Position numbers and translations under genes: made by a program. Shown here one piece after another: positions 9,481 to 18,436 of a stretch of DNA of 64,000 bases. This DNA is from Spirochaetia bacterium (GTDB taxonomy: Bacteria > Spirochaetota > Spirochaetia > CADAEX01), in contig OY759746.1 in the NCBI GenBank assembly GCA_963662795.1, positions 2,656,001 through 2,720,000 on the forward strand, written 5' to 3'. Numbering within the stretch: position 1 is the stretch's first letter; the number at the start of each line of letters is the position of its first letter. The notes beneath the pieces are model-generated. The model saw only the letters and a program-made list of their open reading frames with translations. It was not told the origin of the DNA and ran no database searches.

Positions 9481-10302
9481 ATGGCAATAATTACAATATC
9501 AAGGCAGGCCGGCAGTTTAAGCCGCGAAATAGCGCCTGCGCTGGCGAAAAAATTCGGCTGGTTTTATATTGATAAGAACAATATCCTTGATGCGCTTGAA
9601 AAATATAATATTGACACTGAAATTATTGAAAAATATGACGAGAAAAAGCCTTCTTTCCGTGACAGTTTTTTCCTTGAAAACGAAAAATTCTTCAATTATT
9701 TCAAACTCTATTTTTTTGAGAAGGCAGTTGAGAATGAGGGATGTGTCCTGCTCGGCCGCGGCGGATCGTTTCTTCTCAAGGGGATGCCGGGTGTACTGCG
9801 TATACGGCTTGTCTCTTCAGATGAGACAAGGATTGAACGGCTGATGAATGAGTTCGGTTACGATGAAAAAGAGGCCAAAAAGGTCATGAAAATATCAGAC
9901 CATGAAAGGATCGGCTTTCATAAATATTACTATCACGAGGACTGGAGCAGCCCTGAATCATATGATATCACATTCAATACAGATTATTTTTCTACAGATT
10001 CAGTCAGCACTATGCTTTCTGCACTGATAGAGTCTTATCTGAAAGAGGATTTTGCGGCTGAAGGGCAGAAGTACCTGAAAAACATGCTTACCGCGCAGAA
10101 GATAATTATCAGAATTCTTTATGAAAAGAACATTGCTGTACATCTTCTCGAAGTCGAAGTGGAAGACGGCAAAGCAACACTTGCAGGCACTGTTGAGGTT
10201 GACAGCATGATTGACCAGTGCGGAAATGCTGCCAGAATTGCAGGGATTGAGAGTGTTGAGAATAATATTGTCTTTATAAGCCAGTATCCGCCTATTATTT
10301 AA
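9481..10302 (+). CDS. cytidylate kinase-like family protein with C-terminal BON domain
   Basis: MAIITISRQAGS, VLLGRGG, YDITFNT; C-terminal VEDGKATLAGTV...GIESVENNI. ATG at 9481 follows AGGAGG. Confidence 0.85.
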   Translation: MAIITISRQAGSLSREIAPALAKKFGWFYIDKNNILDALEKYNIDTEIIEKYDEKKPSFRDSFFLENEKFFNYFKLYFFEKAVENEGCVLLGRGGSFLLKGMPGVLRIRLVSSDETRIERLMNEFGYDEKEAKKVMKISDHERIGFHKYYYHEDWSSPESYDITFNTDYFSTDSVSTMLSALIESYLKEDFAAEGQKYLKNMLTAQKIIIRILYEKNIAVHLLEVEVEDGKATLAGTVEVDSMIDQCGNAARIAGIESVENNIVFISQYPPII

Positions 10303-11612
10303 GACTTTCTCCGGACAGATATAAAGGACAAAACCGCAGATACTGCCATTCCGGCGAGAGAGAGGTATTCCTTCCCTGTGACGTTGGCAGCTATCCCGAA
10401 TAATCCTCCGGCGCATACTGCGGCAAGCCAGAGAGGCTTTGATATTTTTCTTTTTCCATAGACCAAAAGAGAAGTAAAAAGGGGAAAAACAACGCCGGGC
10501 GAAAAAACTGAATAGGTTCCTGTAAGCAGGGAGAGGATATCTTTCCGGAACAAGGCCAGAAAAAGAGAAGCTGTACCGGTTATAAGCACAATTACCCTTG
10601 TTGCTATGACATTTGTTCTCCCGATAATGTCTTTCCCGATAATGGCAGATGCAGTCATTATGCATGTGTCTGTTGATGAAATAACCGCGGACAGCAGTCC
10701 CAGTATGATAACTATTGCTCCGTATTTGCCTGCAGCATTTTTTATAATGAAAATAAACGGATTTTCACTTAACCCGGGATTTAACAGCGCGGCATAAACG
10801 CCTGTCAAAGTTACGGCAATGCTGATAAGTAGCAGTGCCGCTCCGGCCGTCATAGTCGCTTTTCTTGCAGTAACAGCTGAATCTGAAGTGAAGTTACGGG
10901 AAAAAATATCAGGCCCGATAAAATATGCCCCGCCGACAATAAATACAAGATGAAATATTTTAACTATAGTGACAGTATCTCCGCTTCCGTTCCCTTTAAA
11001 TCTTATAATATCCGCCATGCTGATGCTGCTGCCGCCCATAACTGCAAAGAGCGCTGCTGTGATTCCTGCTGCAAGGAGTACGAACTGCAGAGCGTCTGTC
11101 CTCATTATTGAAAACTGCCCGCCGAAAGCTGTATAGATAATAATCACTGCAGAGCAGATTATCATAAAGAGAGCCCCTGCCTTTATTCCGGTAAGCAGGG
11201 ATGCTATACTTGCAAGCGCGACAAACTGTGCCGCGATTATTCCTGTCCATGAAATTACAATAATAACGGCTGTAAGTATTTTACCCTCTCTGCCGGCAGT
11301 AAGCCCTGCAAGCCCGGGAAGGGTATATACGTTAAGGTTTCTAACCTTCTCAGAGAGAAAAACAGACTGCAGCATCAGCGCGATCCCTCCGCTGCCGAGC
11401 CATAAAAAGGCTGTAATCCCGTACCTGGCAGCAAGGGATGAAATCCCCATTGTCGCTGATGCGCCGACAACAGTCGCAAGAATCGACATGGTGACGATAC
11501 CCTGTTTCTGTTTTCTGCCGGCAAGCACATAGTCGTCAAAACCCTTAATGCTGTAATAATCGTGTATGCCGATTGAGAAAAGCACTGCGAGATATATAAG
11601 CAAAATAATCAT
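10299..11612 (-). CDS. sodium:solute symporter (SSS) family protein
   Basis: DYVLAGR, ATVVGASAT, YTAFGGQFSIMRTDALQF, LSAVISSTD; about 12-13 TM segments. Confidence 0.9.
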   Translation of the reverse strand: MIILLIYLAVLFSIGIHDYYSIKGFDDYVLAGRKQKQGIVTMSILATVVGASATMGISSLAARYGITAFLWLGSGGIALMLQSVFLSEKVRNLNVYTLPGLAGLTAGREGKILTAVIIVISWTGIIAAQFVALASIASLLTGIKAGALFMIICSAVIIIYTAFGGQFSIMRTDALQFVLLAAGITAALFAVMGGSSISMADIIRFKGNGSGDTVTIVKIFHLVFIVGGAYFIGPDIFSRNFTSDSAVTARKATMTAGAALLLISIAVTLTGVYAALLNPGLSENPFIFIIKNAAGKYGAIVIILGLLSAVISSTDTCIMTASAIIGKDIIGRTNVIATRVIVLITGTASLFLALFRKDILSLLTGTYSVFSPGVVFPLFTSLLVYGKRKISKPLWLAAVCAGGLFGIAANVTGKEYLSLAGMAVSAVLSFISVRRKS

Positions 11613-11731
11613 AGATTAATCCTTAAGATATTTTTCCGCTAAGGTTAACCGGAGGAATTGCTGTTCGTCAACCAGTATTTCAGGTATTTTACAGGTGTTA
11701 TTCAGCCGGTTTTAATTTGATAATAAAAAAT

Positions 11732-11760
11732 TTGACAGCAGCATATTTATGCCGCATAAT
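11732..11760 (+). promoter_or_regulatory. sigma70 promoter upstream of the ugp operon, with an overlapping palindrome
   Basis: TTGACA-17nt-CATAAT; inverted repeat TTATGC-C-GCATAA (11747-11759) overlaps the -10. Confidence 0.6.
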
Positions 11761-11799
11761 GAAATTGAAAAGGGTTGTTATGGCGGAGAAAAAGAGAGC

Positions 11800-11847
11800 C
11801 GGTAAAATAAGTTATCTGAGTGATATCTTGTTTTGCCGTTTTTTTTT
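11800..11847 (+). terminator. terminator/attenuator in the ugpB upstream region
   Basis: Stem CGGTAAAATAAG..TATC / GATA..CTTGTTTTGCCG (G:U pairs) followed by T9. Confidence 0.55.
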
Positions 11848-11963
11848 GTTCTGACAGTCTGAAATAGGGGAGGTTTTCATCTTTTTATAAAAAATTATGA
11901 AAACAATACAGGGTTTTATTAAAACGGGTGTATAATTATTTTTTAATTTCCAAGGAGGAAAAA

Positions 11964-13271
11964 ATGAAAAAGTTTCTATTGGTTTTAGTTTGCCTATTGA
12001 TGCTTTCTTCAGGAATTTTTGCCGCTCCGGTGTCAATTGATTTCTGGCACGCAATGACCGGAAAAAACGGAGAAATGCTTAAAGCGGTGGCTGAAAAATT
12101 TAACGCAAGCCAGTCTGACTATGTCGTTAATCAGGTCTATAAGGGATCATACAGCGACACAATGAACGCGGGTATTGCGGCATTCCGGGCAGGTCAGGCG
12201 CCTGCAATTATTCAGGTTTATGAGGTTGGAACCGCGACAATGATGTCAGCAAAAGGGGCAATCAAGCCGGTTTACAAACTTATGGCGGAAAACAATGTAA
12301 AGTTTGACCCTAAAGCCTATATTCCGACAATAACTTCCTATTATTCAACCTCAAAAGGGGAAATGCTTTCAATGCCTTTCAACTCATCCACATCTGTAAT
12401 GTATTACAACAAGGATGCTTTCCGGAAAGCAGGACTTGATCCTGAAAAACCACCAGCCACATGGCCGGAATTTTTTGAAGCTGCCAAAAAACTTAAAGCT
12501 TCCGGTATGGAAGGCGGATTTACTACAAACTGGATATCATGGATACAGCTTGAAAACTTCTCCGCATGGCACAACTCTCCCTTTGGTACCAAAGGAAACG
12601 GTTTCGGCGGTCTTGATACAGAACTTGTTTTTAACAATGCCCTTGTACAGAGACATTTTCAGACTATATATGATCTGAGCAAGGACAAAGTATTTATTTA
12701 CGGAGGCCGTGAAAACAAGGCTAATCCTCTTTTTACATCTGGTCAGGTTGGTATGCATTTTGAATCAATCGGCGGTTACGGCAATATGAAAGCTAACTGT
12801 AAGTTTGATTTCGGCGTTGCAAGACTTCCTTATTATCCTGACGTAAAAGGCGCTCCCCAGAACTCTATTATCGGCGGAGCCAGCCTCTGGGTTTTTGACA
12901 GAAAAGACAAGGAAGAACTTAAGGCTGTTGCTGAATTCTTCGCATTTCTTTCAAAACCTGAAATTCAGGCATTCTGGCATCAGAACACCGGCTATCTCCC
13001 GATAACAAAAGCTGCCTATGAACTTACAAAGAGCCAGGGATATTATAAAGATAATCCAGGCCTTGAAGTAGCGATTAATCAGCTTCTTAACAAACCTCCT
13101 ACACCCAATTCAATGGGAATAAGATTCGGTAATTTTAATATTATCCGCGAAATCGAAGATCAGACCTGGGAAGATATCCTGGGAGGCAAAATCAGTGTAA
13201 AAGACGGGCTTTCCAAAATGGTAGCTGACGGTAATAAAACACTCCGCGATTTTGAAAGAATAAACAAGTAA
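11964..13271 (+). CDS. ugpB: sn-glycerol-3-phosphate ABC transporter substrate-binding protein
   Basis: Signal peptide; FWHAMTG, QVYEVGTATMM, SMPFNSST, WIQLENFSAWH, IIGGASLW. AAGGAGG RBS before ATG 11964. Confidence 0.93.
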   Translation: MKKFLLVLVCLLMLSSGIFAAPVSIDFWHAMTGKNGEMLKAVAEKFNASQSDYVVNQVYKGSYSDTMNAGIAAFRAGQAPAIIQVYEVGTATMMSAKGAIKPVYKLMAENNVKFDPKAYIPTITSYYSTSKGEMLSMPFNSSTSVMYYNKDAFRKAGLDPEKPPATWPEFFEAAKKLKASGMEGGFTTNWISWIQLENFSAWHNSPFGTKGNGFGGLDTELVFNNALVQRHFQTIYDLSKDKVFIYGGRENKANPLFTSGQVGMHFESIGGYGNMKANCKFDFGVARLPYYPDVKGAPQNSIIGGASLWVFDRKDKEELKAVAEFFAFLSKPEIQAFWHQNTGYLPITKAAYELTKSQGYYKDNPGLEVAINQLLNKPPTPNSMGIRFGNFNIIREIEDQTWEDILGGKISVKDGLSKMVADGNKTLRDFERINK

Positions 13272-13308
13272 GTTATTTGTAAAACAATAACTTGGATATA
13301 ACTGGAAT

Positions 13309-13360
13309 ACAGAGGCAGGTCGGATGAGTGTTAAAAAGTCTCCCCTGCCTCTGCTGTTTT
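13309..13360 (+). terminator. intercistronic hairpin after ugpB
   Basis: CAGAGGCAGG...CCTGCCTCTG stem followed by TGTTTT; typical stabiliser/partial terminator after a binding-protein gene. Confidence 0.55.
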
Positions 13361-13407
13361 AATTTTCCCGTTGTGTCGGGATAATTTAAAAACACAGGAA
13401 GGTCAGG

Positions 13408-14292
13408 ATGGTTAAACAATATGAATTTTCAAACAAGGAGCTGCCGTATCTTCTTGTTCTTCCGCAGATGATAGTCGTTTTTATCTTTTTTTTCTGGCCA
13501 GCAGGACAGGCTATCTGGCAGTCGTTTTTCATTCAGGACGCATTTGGCGGGCGTCTGATTTTTGTAGGTATTGAAAATTACGTCAAACTTTTCACAGACC
13601 CTGATTATTGGGACTCATTCGGGGTATCTACCCTTTTTGCTGTTCTTGTCGCTTTTTTTTCAATGATAATTGCCCTGTTTCTTGCTGTCCAGGCAAACAA
13701 GAAAATCAGGTTTGCCTCATTTTACAAGACCATGATGATATGGCCTTATGCTGTCGCGACTATGGTTGCCGGTGTTCTCTGGCTTTTTCTTTTTAACCCC
13801 AATGTTGGAATAATCGCCTGGACACTTAAACATAAATTCGGAATGGAATGGAGCCATCTCCTTAATACAGGACACGCTCTTACGCTTATAACAATCGCTG
13901 CGTCATGGAAACAGATAGCCTATAATTTTGTTTTTTTCCTTGCAGGACTGCAGAGTGTCCCGGCGACACTTATTGAAGCTGCCGCGATAGACGGGGCAGA
14001 TAACAATAAACAGTTCTGGCATATCATATTCCCCCTTATCACCCCCACAAGTTTTTTTCTTCTTGTCATGAACCTTGTTTATGCTTTTTTTGAGACTTTC
14101 CCCATCATCCACCAGGTAACGGCCGGAGGCCCGGGAAAGGCGACAAGTATACTTGTCTACAAGGTATGGAGAGACGGGGTAGTTAACCTTGATTTGGGCG
14201 GCTCTGCAAGCCAGTCGGTTGTCCTTATGATCCTGGTTATCGGACTTACAATTGTGCAGTTCCGCTTTATTGAGCGGAAAGTCAATTATTAA
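13408..14292 (+). CDS. ugpA: glycerol-3-phosphate ABC transporter permease
   Basis: FFFWPAGQA, WKQIAYNFVFFLAGLQSVP, EAAAIDGA loop. Confidence 0.92.
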   Translation: MVKQYEFSNKELPYLLVLPQMIVVFIFFFWPAGQAIWQSFFIQDAFGGRLIFVGIENYVKLFTDPDYWDSFGVSTLFAVLVAFFSMIIALFLAVQANKKIRFASFYKTMMIWPYAVATMVAGVLWLFLFNPNVGIIAWTLKHKFGMEWSHLLNTGHALTLITIAASWKQIAYNFVFFLAGLQSVPATLIEAAAIDGADNNKQFWHIIFPLITPTSFFLLVMNLVYAFFETFPIIHQVTAGGPGKATSILVYKVWRDGVVNLDLGGSASQSVVLMILVIGLTIVQFRFIERKVNY

Positions 14293-14301
14293 GAGGGCAT
14301 T

Positions 14302-15147
14302 ATGACAGAACATTCAAAATTTCAGAAAATCATACCGCATCTTTATTTAATGATTGCGATTTTTATTATTATCTTTCCCATTTATGTAGTTTTTGTTGCC
14401 TCAACCCTTACGAGCGCCGATATCCTTGCCGCGCCGATGCCGCTGAAACCGGGCGTCCATGGTGTCGAGAATTATACACGGGCCCTGCTTGAGGGATCTG
14501 AGAATATGGGCGCACCCGCCCTAACCATGATCAAGAACTCTCTTATAATGGCGCTGGGGATATCTGTCGGCAAGATTATGATTTCACTTCTTGCCGCATA
14601 TGCAATAGTTTTTTTTGATTTCAAACTCCGCAAGTTCTGTTTCTGGAGTATATTTATCACACTGATGCTGCCTGTCCAGGTTCGTATCATGCCCACATAC
14701 AAGGTAATCTCGGACCTTGGGATGCTTAACACATATGCGGGGCTGATTCTTCCGATGGTAGTATCAGCAACAGCGGTGTTTCTCTTTAGGCAGTTTTTTA
14801 TGACAATTCCGAAGGAGATTGTTGAGGCGTCACAGATTGACGGAGCGGGACCGATGACATTTTTCTTCAGGATACTGATTCCAATGACAAGAACACCGAT
14901 TGCAGCCATGTTTGTAATACAGTTCATTTTCGGGTGGAACCAGTACCTTTGGCCGCTTCTGATAACTACCAAGGAGAAATACTACACTCTTCTTATAGGT
15001 ATCAACAGGATGCTTTCGGGGGCCGATGTCCAGATTGAGTGGCAGATTGTAATGGCTACAACGCTTCTCGCGCTGATACCGCCTGTAGTCGTTGTAATGG
15101 TAATGCAGAAACAGTTTGTTACAGGAATGACAGACACAGAAAAATAA
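14302..15147 (+). CDS. ugpE: glycerol-3-phosphate ABC transporter permease
   Basis: ITLMLPVQVRIMPTY, SATAVFLFRQFF, FIFGWNQYLWPL. Confidence 0.92.
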   Translation: MTEHSKFQKIIPHLYLMIAIFIIIFPIYVVFVASTLTSADILAAPMPLKPGVHGVENYTRALLEGSENMGAPALTMIKNSLIMALGISVGKIMISLLAAYAIVFFDFKLRKFCFWSIFITLMLPVQVRIMPTYKVISDLGMLNTYAGLILPMVVSATAVFLFRQFFMTIPKEIVEASQIDGAGPMTFFFRILIPMTRTPIAAMFVIQFIFGWNQYLWPLLITTKEKYYTLLIGINRMLSGADVQIEWQIVMATTLLALIPPVVVVMVMQKQFVTGMTDTEK

Positions 15148-15176
15148 ATATTTGATATATAAACCAGGAGTACTAA

Positions 15177-16295
15177 ATGGCTAACGTAGTTTTAAAAAAT
15201 GTGACAAAGATATACGATGGCTCGAGCAAAGCAGTGGATTCGGCCAACATCACTATTGAGGATAAGGAGTTTGTGGTTTTTGTCGGCCCTTCCGGCTGCG
15301 GCAAATCCACTACATTGAGAATGATTGCAGGACTTGAGGATATTACTTCAGGTGAAATATTTATAGATGGGGATCTTGTGAATAACATCCCCCCCAAAGA
15401 CCGCAATATAGCTATGGTTTTTCAGAATTATGCGCTTTATCCCCACATGAGTGTTTACGACAACATGGCATTCGGACTAAAAATCAGAAAACTCGATAAA
15501 ACAGAAATTGATGAACGTGTCCGCGAGGCTGCAAAAATTCTTGATATTGAAAAGCTGCTTGACCGCAAACCGAAACAGCTTTCCGGCGGACAGCGCCAAA
15601 GGGTCGCCGTAGGCCGGGCTATAGTCCGCAACCCCAAAGTATTTCTATTTGATGAGCCGCTTTCAAATCTTGACGCCAAACTAAGGGTGCAGATGAGGGC
15701 TGAAATTATTCAGCTTCATGACCGGCTTCAGGCTACAATAATTTATGTAACCCATGACCAGGTAGAAGCCATGACAATGGGGGACCGGATTGTTGTAATG
15801 AAGGACGGGATAATCCAGCAGATAGGATCTCCTCTGTATCTTTATAATCAGCCTGTAAACAGGTTTGTCGCAGGGTTTATCGGTTCTCCTCCTATGAATT
15901 TTATCAAGGTTGATGTTGTTGAAAAAGCGGGGAAAATTTCAATTGAAGAAGGCTCCTGCACCCTGTTTCCGGATGAAAAACACATTGCTCTTCTTAAACC
16001 TTATGCTGGTAAGCAGGTTGTTTTTGGAATAAGGCCGGAAGATCTGCCGTATGATGAGACAAATGCCGTGTCTTCACTTAAGGCTGTTATAACTGTATCG
16101 GAACCGCTCGGATCTGAAATACACATCTGGGCAAAGACAAAGAATACCCAGATAATTTCAAGAGTTCCTCCTCATCACCTGTTTCATATTGGTGAGGATA
16201 TTGCTTTTGTGCCTGTAATGGAGAAAGCCCGTTATTTTGATGTGGAGAGCGGTCTTTCGATACTCCCTGTCTCTGTAGTGGAAGACAGGGCATAG
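15177..16295 (+). CDS. ugpC: ABC transporter ATP-binding protein (UgpC/MalK)
   Basis: Walker A GPSGCGKS, LSGGQ, DEPLSNLD; TOBE C-terminus. Confidence 0.92.
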   Translation: MANVVLKNVTKIYDGSSKAVDSANITIEDKEFVVFVGPSGCGKSTTLRMIAGLEDITSGEIFIDGDLVNNIPPKDRNIAMVFQNYALYPHMSVYDNMAFGLKIRKLDKTEIDERVREAAKILDIEKLLDRKPKQLSGGQRQRVAVGRAIVRNPKVFLFDEPLSNLDAKLRVQMRAEIIQLHDRLQATIIYVTHDQVEAMTMGDRIVVMKDGIIQQIGSPLYLYNQPVNRFVAGFIGSPPMNFIKVDVVEKAGKISIEEGSCTLFPDEKHIALLKPYAGKQVVFGIRPEDLPYDETNAVSSLKAVITVSEPLGSEIHIWAKTKNTQIISRVPPHHLFHIGEDIAFVPVMEKARYFDVESGLSILPVSVVEDRA

Positions 16296-16303
16296 AGAAA
16301 AAA

Positions 16304-16377
16304 TGGAGAATGCGGGATTCGAACCCGCGGCCTGTTGATTGCGAACCAACCGCTCTAGCCAGCTGAGCTAATTCCCC
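16304..16377 (-). tRNA. tRNA-Ala(CGC)
   Basis: Reverse complement GGGGAATTAGCTCAGCTGGCTAGAGCGGTTGGTTCGCAATCAACAGGCCGCGGGTTCGAATCCCGCATTCTCCA: cloverleaf, G3:U70, anticodon CGC; CCA not encoded. Confidence 0.96.
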
Positions 16378-16536
16378 ATATTGAATTGCCTGTCTTTTGG
16401 ACAACCCTGATTTCAGGTATACCAGAAGACAGGGAATTTGGCAATAAGCTTTATTAAGGCGCATGAAAAAAATCAGGAAAATGAAGAATACCGTTATTCA
16501 CGTGTGTTTAAATGCCTCTGTTTATAAACATGGTAG

Positions 16537-17280
16537 TCAGTAATTCCAGTTCCATTTGGAAATATCGATGGAGCTTTCAATAATGGATTCTGTATCGTCA
16601 TCAAGCTGATAAAAAAAATCAAATCCTGTAATGTTTTCTATGTAATCAATAGGGAAAGCGAAAGCCTGTAATACTGCCGTGCATTTTTTGTTGGGGATAA
16701 TGAAGCCGATCCCCTTGATATCAGGTTCTGATGAATCAGCTATTACCTTGAAGAAATATGAGGGGACTGCTACATTATTTGTTCCTATTGTTTTATATCC
16801 TTCTGTGATTATCGGCCCTGTTGCAACAAGGATTTTTTCATTGCTTATTGCCCACTGCCGCACAAGTTCTTCCAGGTCTTTCCAGACTTTTCTGTTAAAC
16901 TGCGCTTCCTGGGGGCTTATGTTGCTCATGTAAAATGATTCACCCATAGCCTCTTCCGACCATTTCATATCTCCCGCCGGGGCAAGATGCCCCCTGTCGT
17001 ATCCTGAAGCCTTATAATCTGAAGGATCGGCGGAGCCTGTAATGATATTGGGGTCAGGCCTGAAATTGTCTTTTCTTCTATGAATGCCGCGCGCTTCATC
17101 CGCTGTAAGCTCCCAGGCAACCCAGTCTGGCTGTTCAAAAATTTCGTTATACTACAGTGAAAACCCTGTATAGCTGTATATTTTTCCGGAAGGAAAAGGT
17201 AACTCATGAGTCTGGGGACATACATTCTGCGCTGCTGCGAGCAGTAAAAAAATAACAAAACGGTACTTGCTGCTGATAAT
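16537..17280 (-). pseudogene. NucA/EndoG-family DNA/RNA non-specific endonuclease interrupted by an in-frame TAG
   Basis: One frame reads ..YTGFSL*YNEIFEQPDWVAWEL..FRPDP..GYDRGHLAPAGDMKWSEEAMGESFYMSNISPQ..FNRKVWKDLE; TAG at 17152-17154; no ATG start (ATT at 17280 after AGGGGG). Confidence 0.85.
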
Positions 17281-17341
17281 AAAACTGTCCCCCTATACCC
17301 GATTGATATATTTAATAAACTTAAGTTTTAGAGGTTAATTA

Positions 17342-17530
17342 TTACCTGAAATTAACACAGTCATCACGCCATAAACAGTCATAAAGCGCGCATACCGGTG
17401 CTATTTCAGACTGATAGCAGGGGCTGTTGCCTTCTTTTACCTGAATGGCCCTTATAAGTTCTTTTTTTCCCAGTTTACCCGGGACGATACCCATGGTTTT
17501 TGCTTTTGACTTTATTTCTTTCAATTCCAT
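17342..17530 (-). CDS. small SAP/Rho-N-like helix-extension-helix protein with Cys4 tail
   Basis: MELKEIKSKAKTMGI..KKELIRAIQVKEGNSPCY..C..CLWRDDC; AAGGCGG before ATG 17530. Confidence 0.75.
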   Translation of the reverse strand: MELKEIKSKAKTMGIVPGKLGKKELIRAIQVKEGNSPCYQSEIAPVCALYDCLWRDDCVNFR

Positions 17531-17715
17531 TTGAGCTACCGCCTTTATGATAATAATTTGCCGGAAAACGGCAGACAACAGTTGTTGTTTTAAATTCTAA
17601 TTCCACGGATTGAATTATGCAATTAAAATTAAAATATTGCAGGAATTAATTCATTGTAATAAAAAATTAGTATTTTATAATTATATATATTGATTCTAAA
17701 AAAAGGGAATTATGT

Positions 17716-18270
17716 ATGAAAAAAATATCGATTTTCTTCCTTTTTGCTGTTTTTTTTGTTTCATGCACTTTTATACCGGAGCCTCCTCAACTTACCGGAG
17801 GGAAAAGATATTTATATATTTTCCATAATGATGATGCCGTGTTTAATTTTGAACAAGCCCCTAAAATCAAAGATATTCTGGACAAACATTATATTCAGAT
17901 GAGTATAAGGCTCTCATCTCAGTATGATCGGGATTATATGAATAATTTTATTTCCAGTCTCAGGAAGAAAGGTATTTATCGCGAAAATATGAAAATTGAC
18001 AGGTACCTGCTTATCAAGAAAAATCCAATGGATAAATTAAGCATGAAATATATAAATAAATTTAAATTAACACAAACACCGGAGCTTGTTGTTGTTAATG
18101 AAAAAGGGAGGATTCTGGGCCATTATGTCAGACATCACACCTTTGCGGACAATATCAGGATCAATGAGTATGAAGAATCCGGAATAGAATTAAAAAAAAT
18201 ATTCTGGAATATTGAAGACCGGGAAGACAGAATGTCCCTGCTTGATTTTTTAAGGAAACACGCTGAATAA
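17716..18270 (+). CDS. hypothetical lipoprotein (possible thioredoxin-like fold, no CxxC)
   Basis: MKKISIFFLFAVFFVSC lipobox; KFKLTQTPELVVVNEKG resembles a thioredoxin cis-Pro region. Confidence 0.7.
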   Translation: MKKISIFFLFAVFFVSCTFIPEPPQLTGGKRYLYIFHNDDAVFNFEQAPKIKDILDKHYIQMSIRLSSQYDRDYMNNFISSLRKKGIYRENMKIDRYLLIKKNPMDKLSMKYINKFKLTQTPELVVVNEKGRILGHYVRHHTFADNIRINEYEESGIELKKIFWNIEDREDRMSLLDFLRKHAE

Positions 18271-18391
18271 AAAATATCAGGAAAAACTGATTGAAATAAT
18301 CAACCTGATTCCTCATGTGAGATATTCTCCCCAAATATCACTCATGTAATGAACACCTGAATATAATCTGCTGAAGCCAGAGGGTATTAAT

Positions 18392-18422
18392 AACCCCCGG
18401 GCAATTGCATCCGGGGGTTTTG
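18392..18422. terminator. terminator downstream of actP
   Basis: AACCCCCGG-N10-CCGGGGGTT inverted repeat between convergent genes. Confidence 0.65.
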
Positions 18423-18436
18423 AAAAACAGTTTTGT

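Noticed and set aside
10000-10665. 221-aa minus-strand ORF and the many other overlapping or antisense ORFs in the track (e.g. 57343-57975, 18405-18959, 39317-39709)
   Set aside because: They overlap well-supported genes and show no motifs or RBS; treated as shadow ORFs.
11620-11720. Riboswitch upstream of the SSS transporter
   Set aside because: No recognisable TPP, cobalamin, SAM or other aptamer consensus on the minus strand.
16385-16435. Long hairpin CCTGTCTTTTGG...CCAGAAGACAGG next to tRNA-Ala
   Set aside because: Most simply a terminator for the nuclease gene or part of the tRNA leader; no second copy seen to suggest a MITE or REP.
17152-17154. Amber recoding (pyrrolysine or alternative genetic code) to explain the nuclease TAG
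   Set aside because: TAG acts as the normal stop for tyrS, the SPFH gene, ugpC, the histidine kinase, pgm and speA in this window, and no pyl genes are seen.
16965-17258. 97-aa ORF on the minus strand
   Set aside because: Out-of-frame shadow of the interrupted nuclease gene.
16304-18270. Genomic island integrated at tRNA-Ala
   Set aside because: No integrase and no duplicated tRNA 3' end found; the accessory-looking genes lie on the tRNA 5' side.
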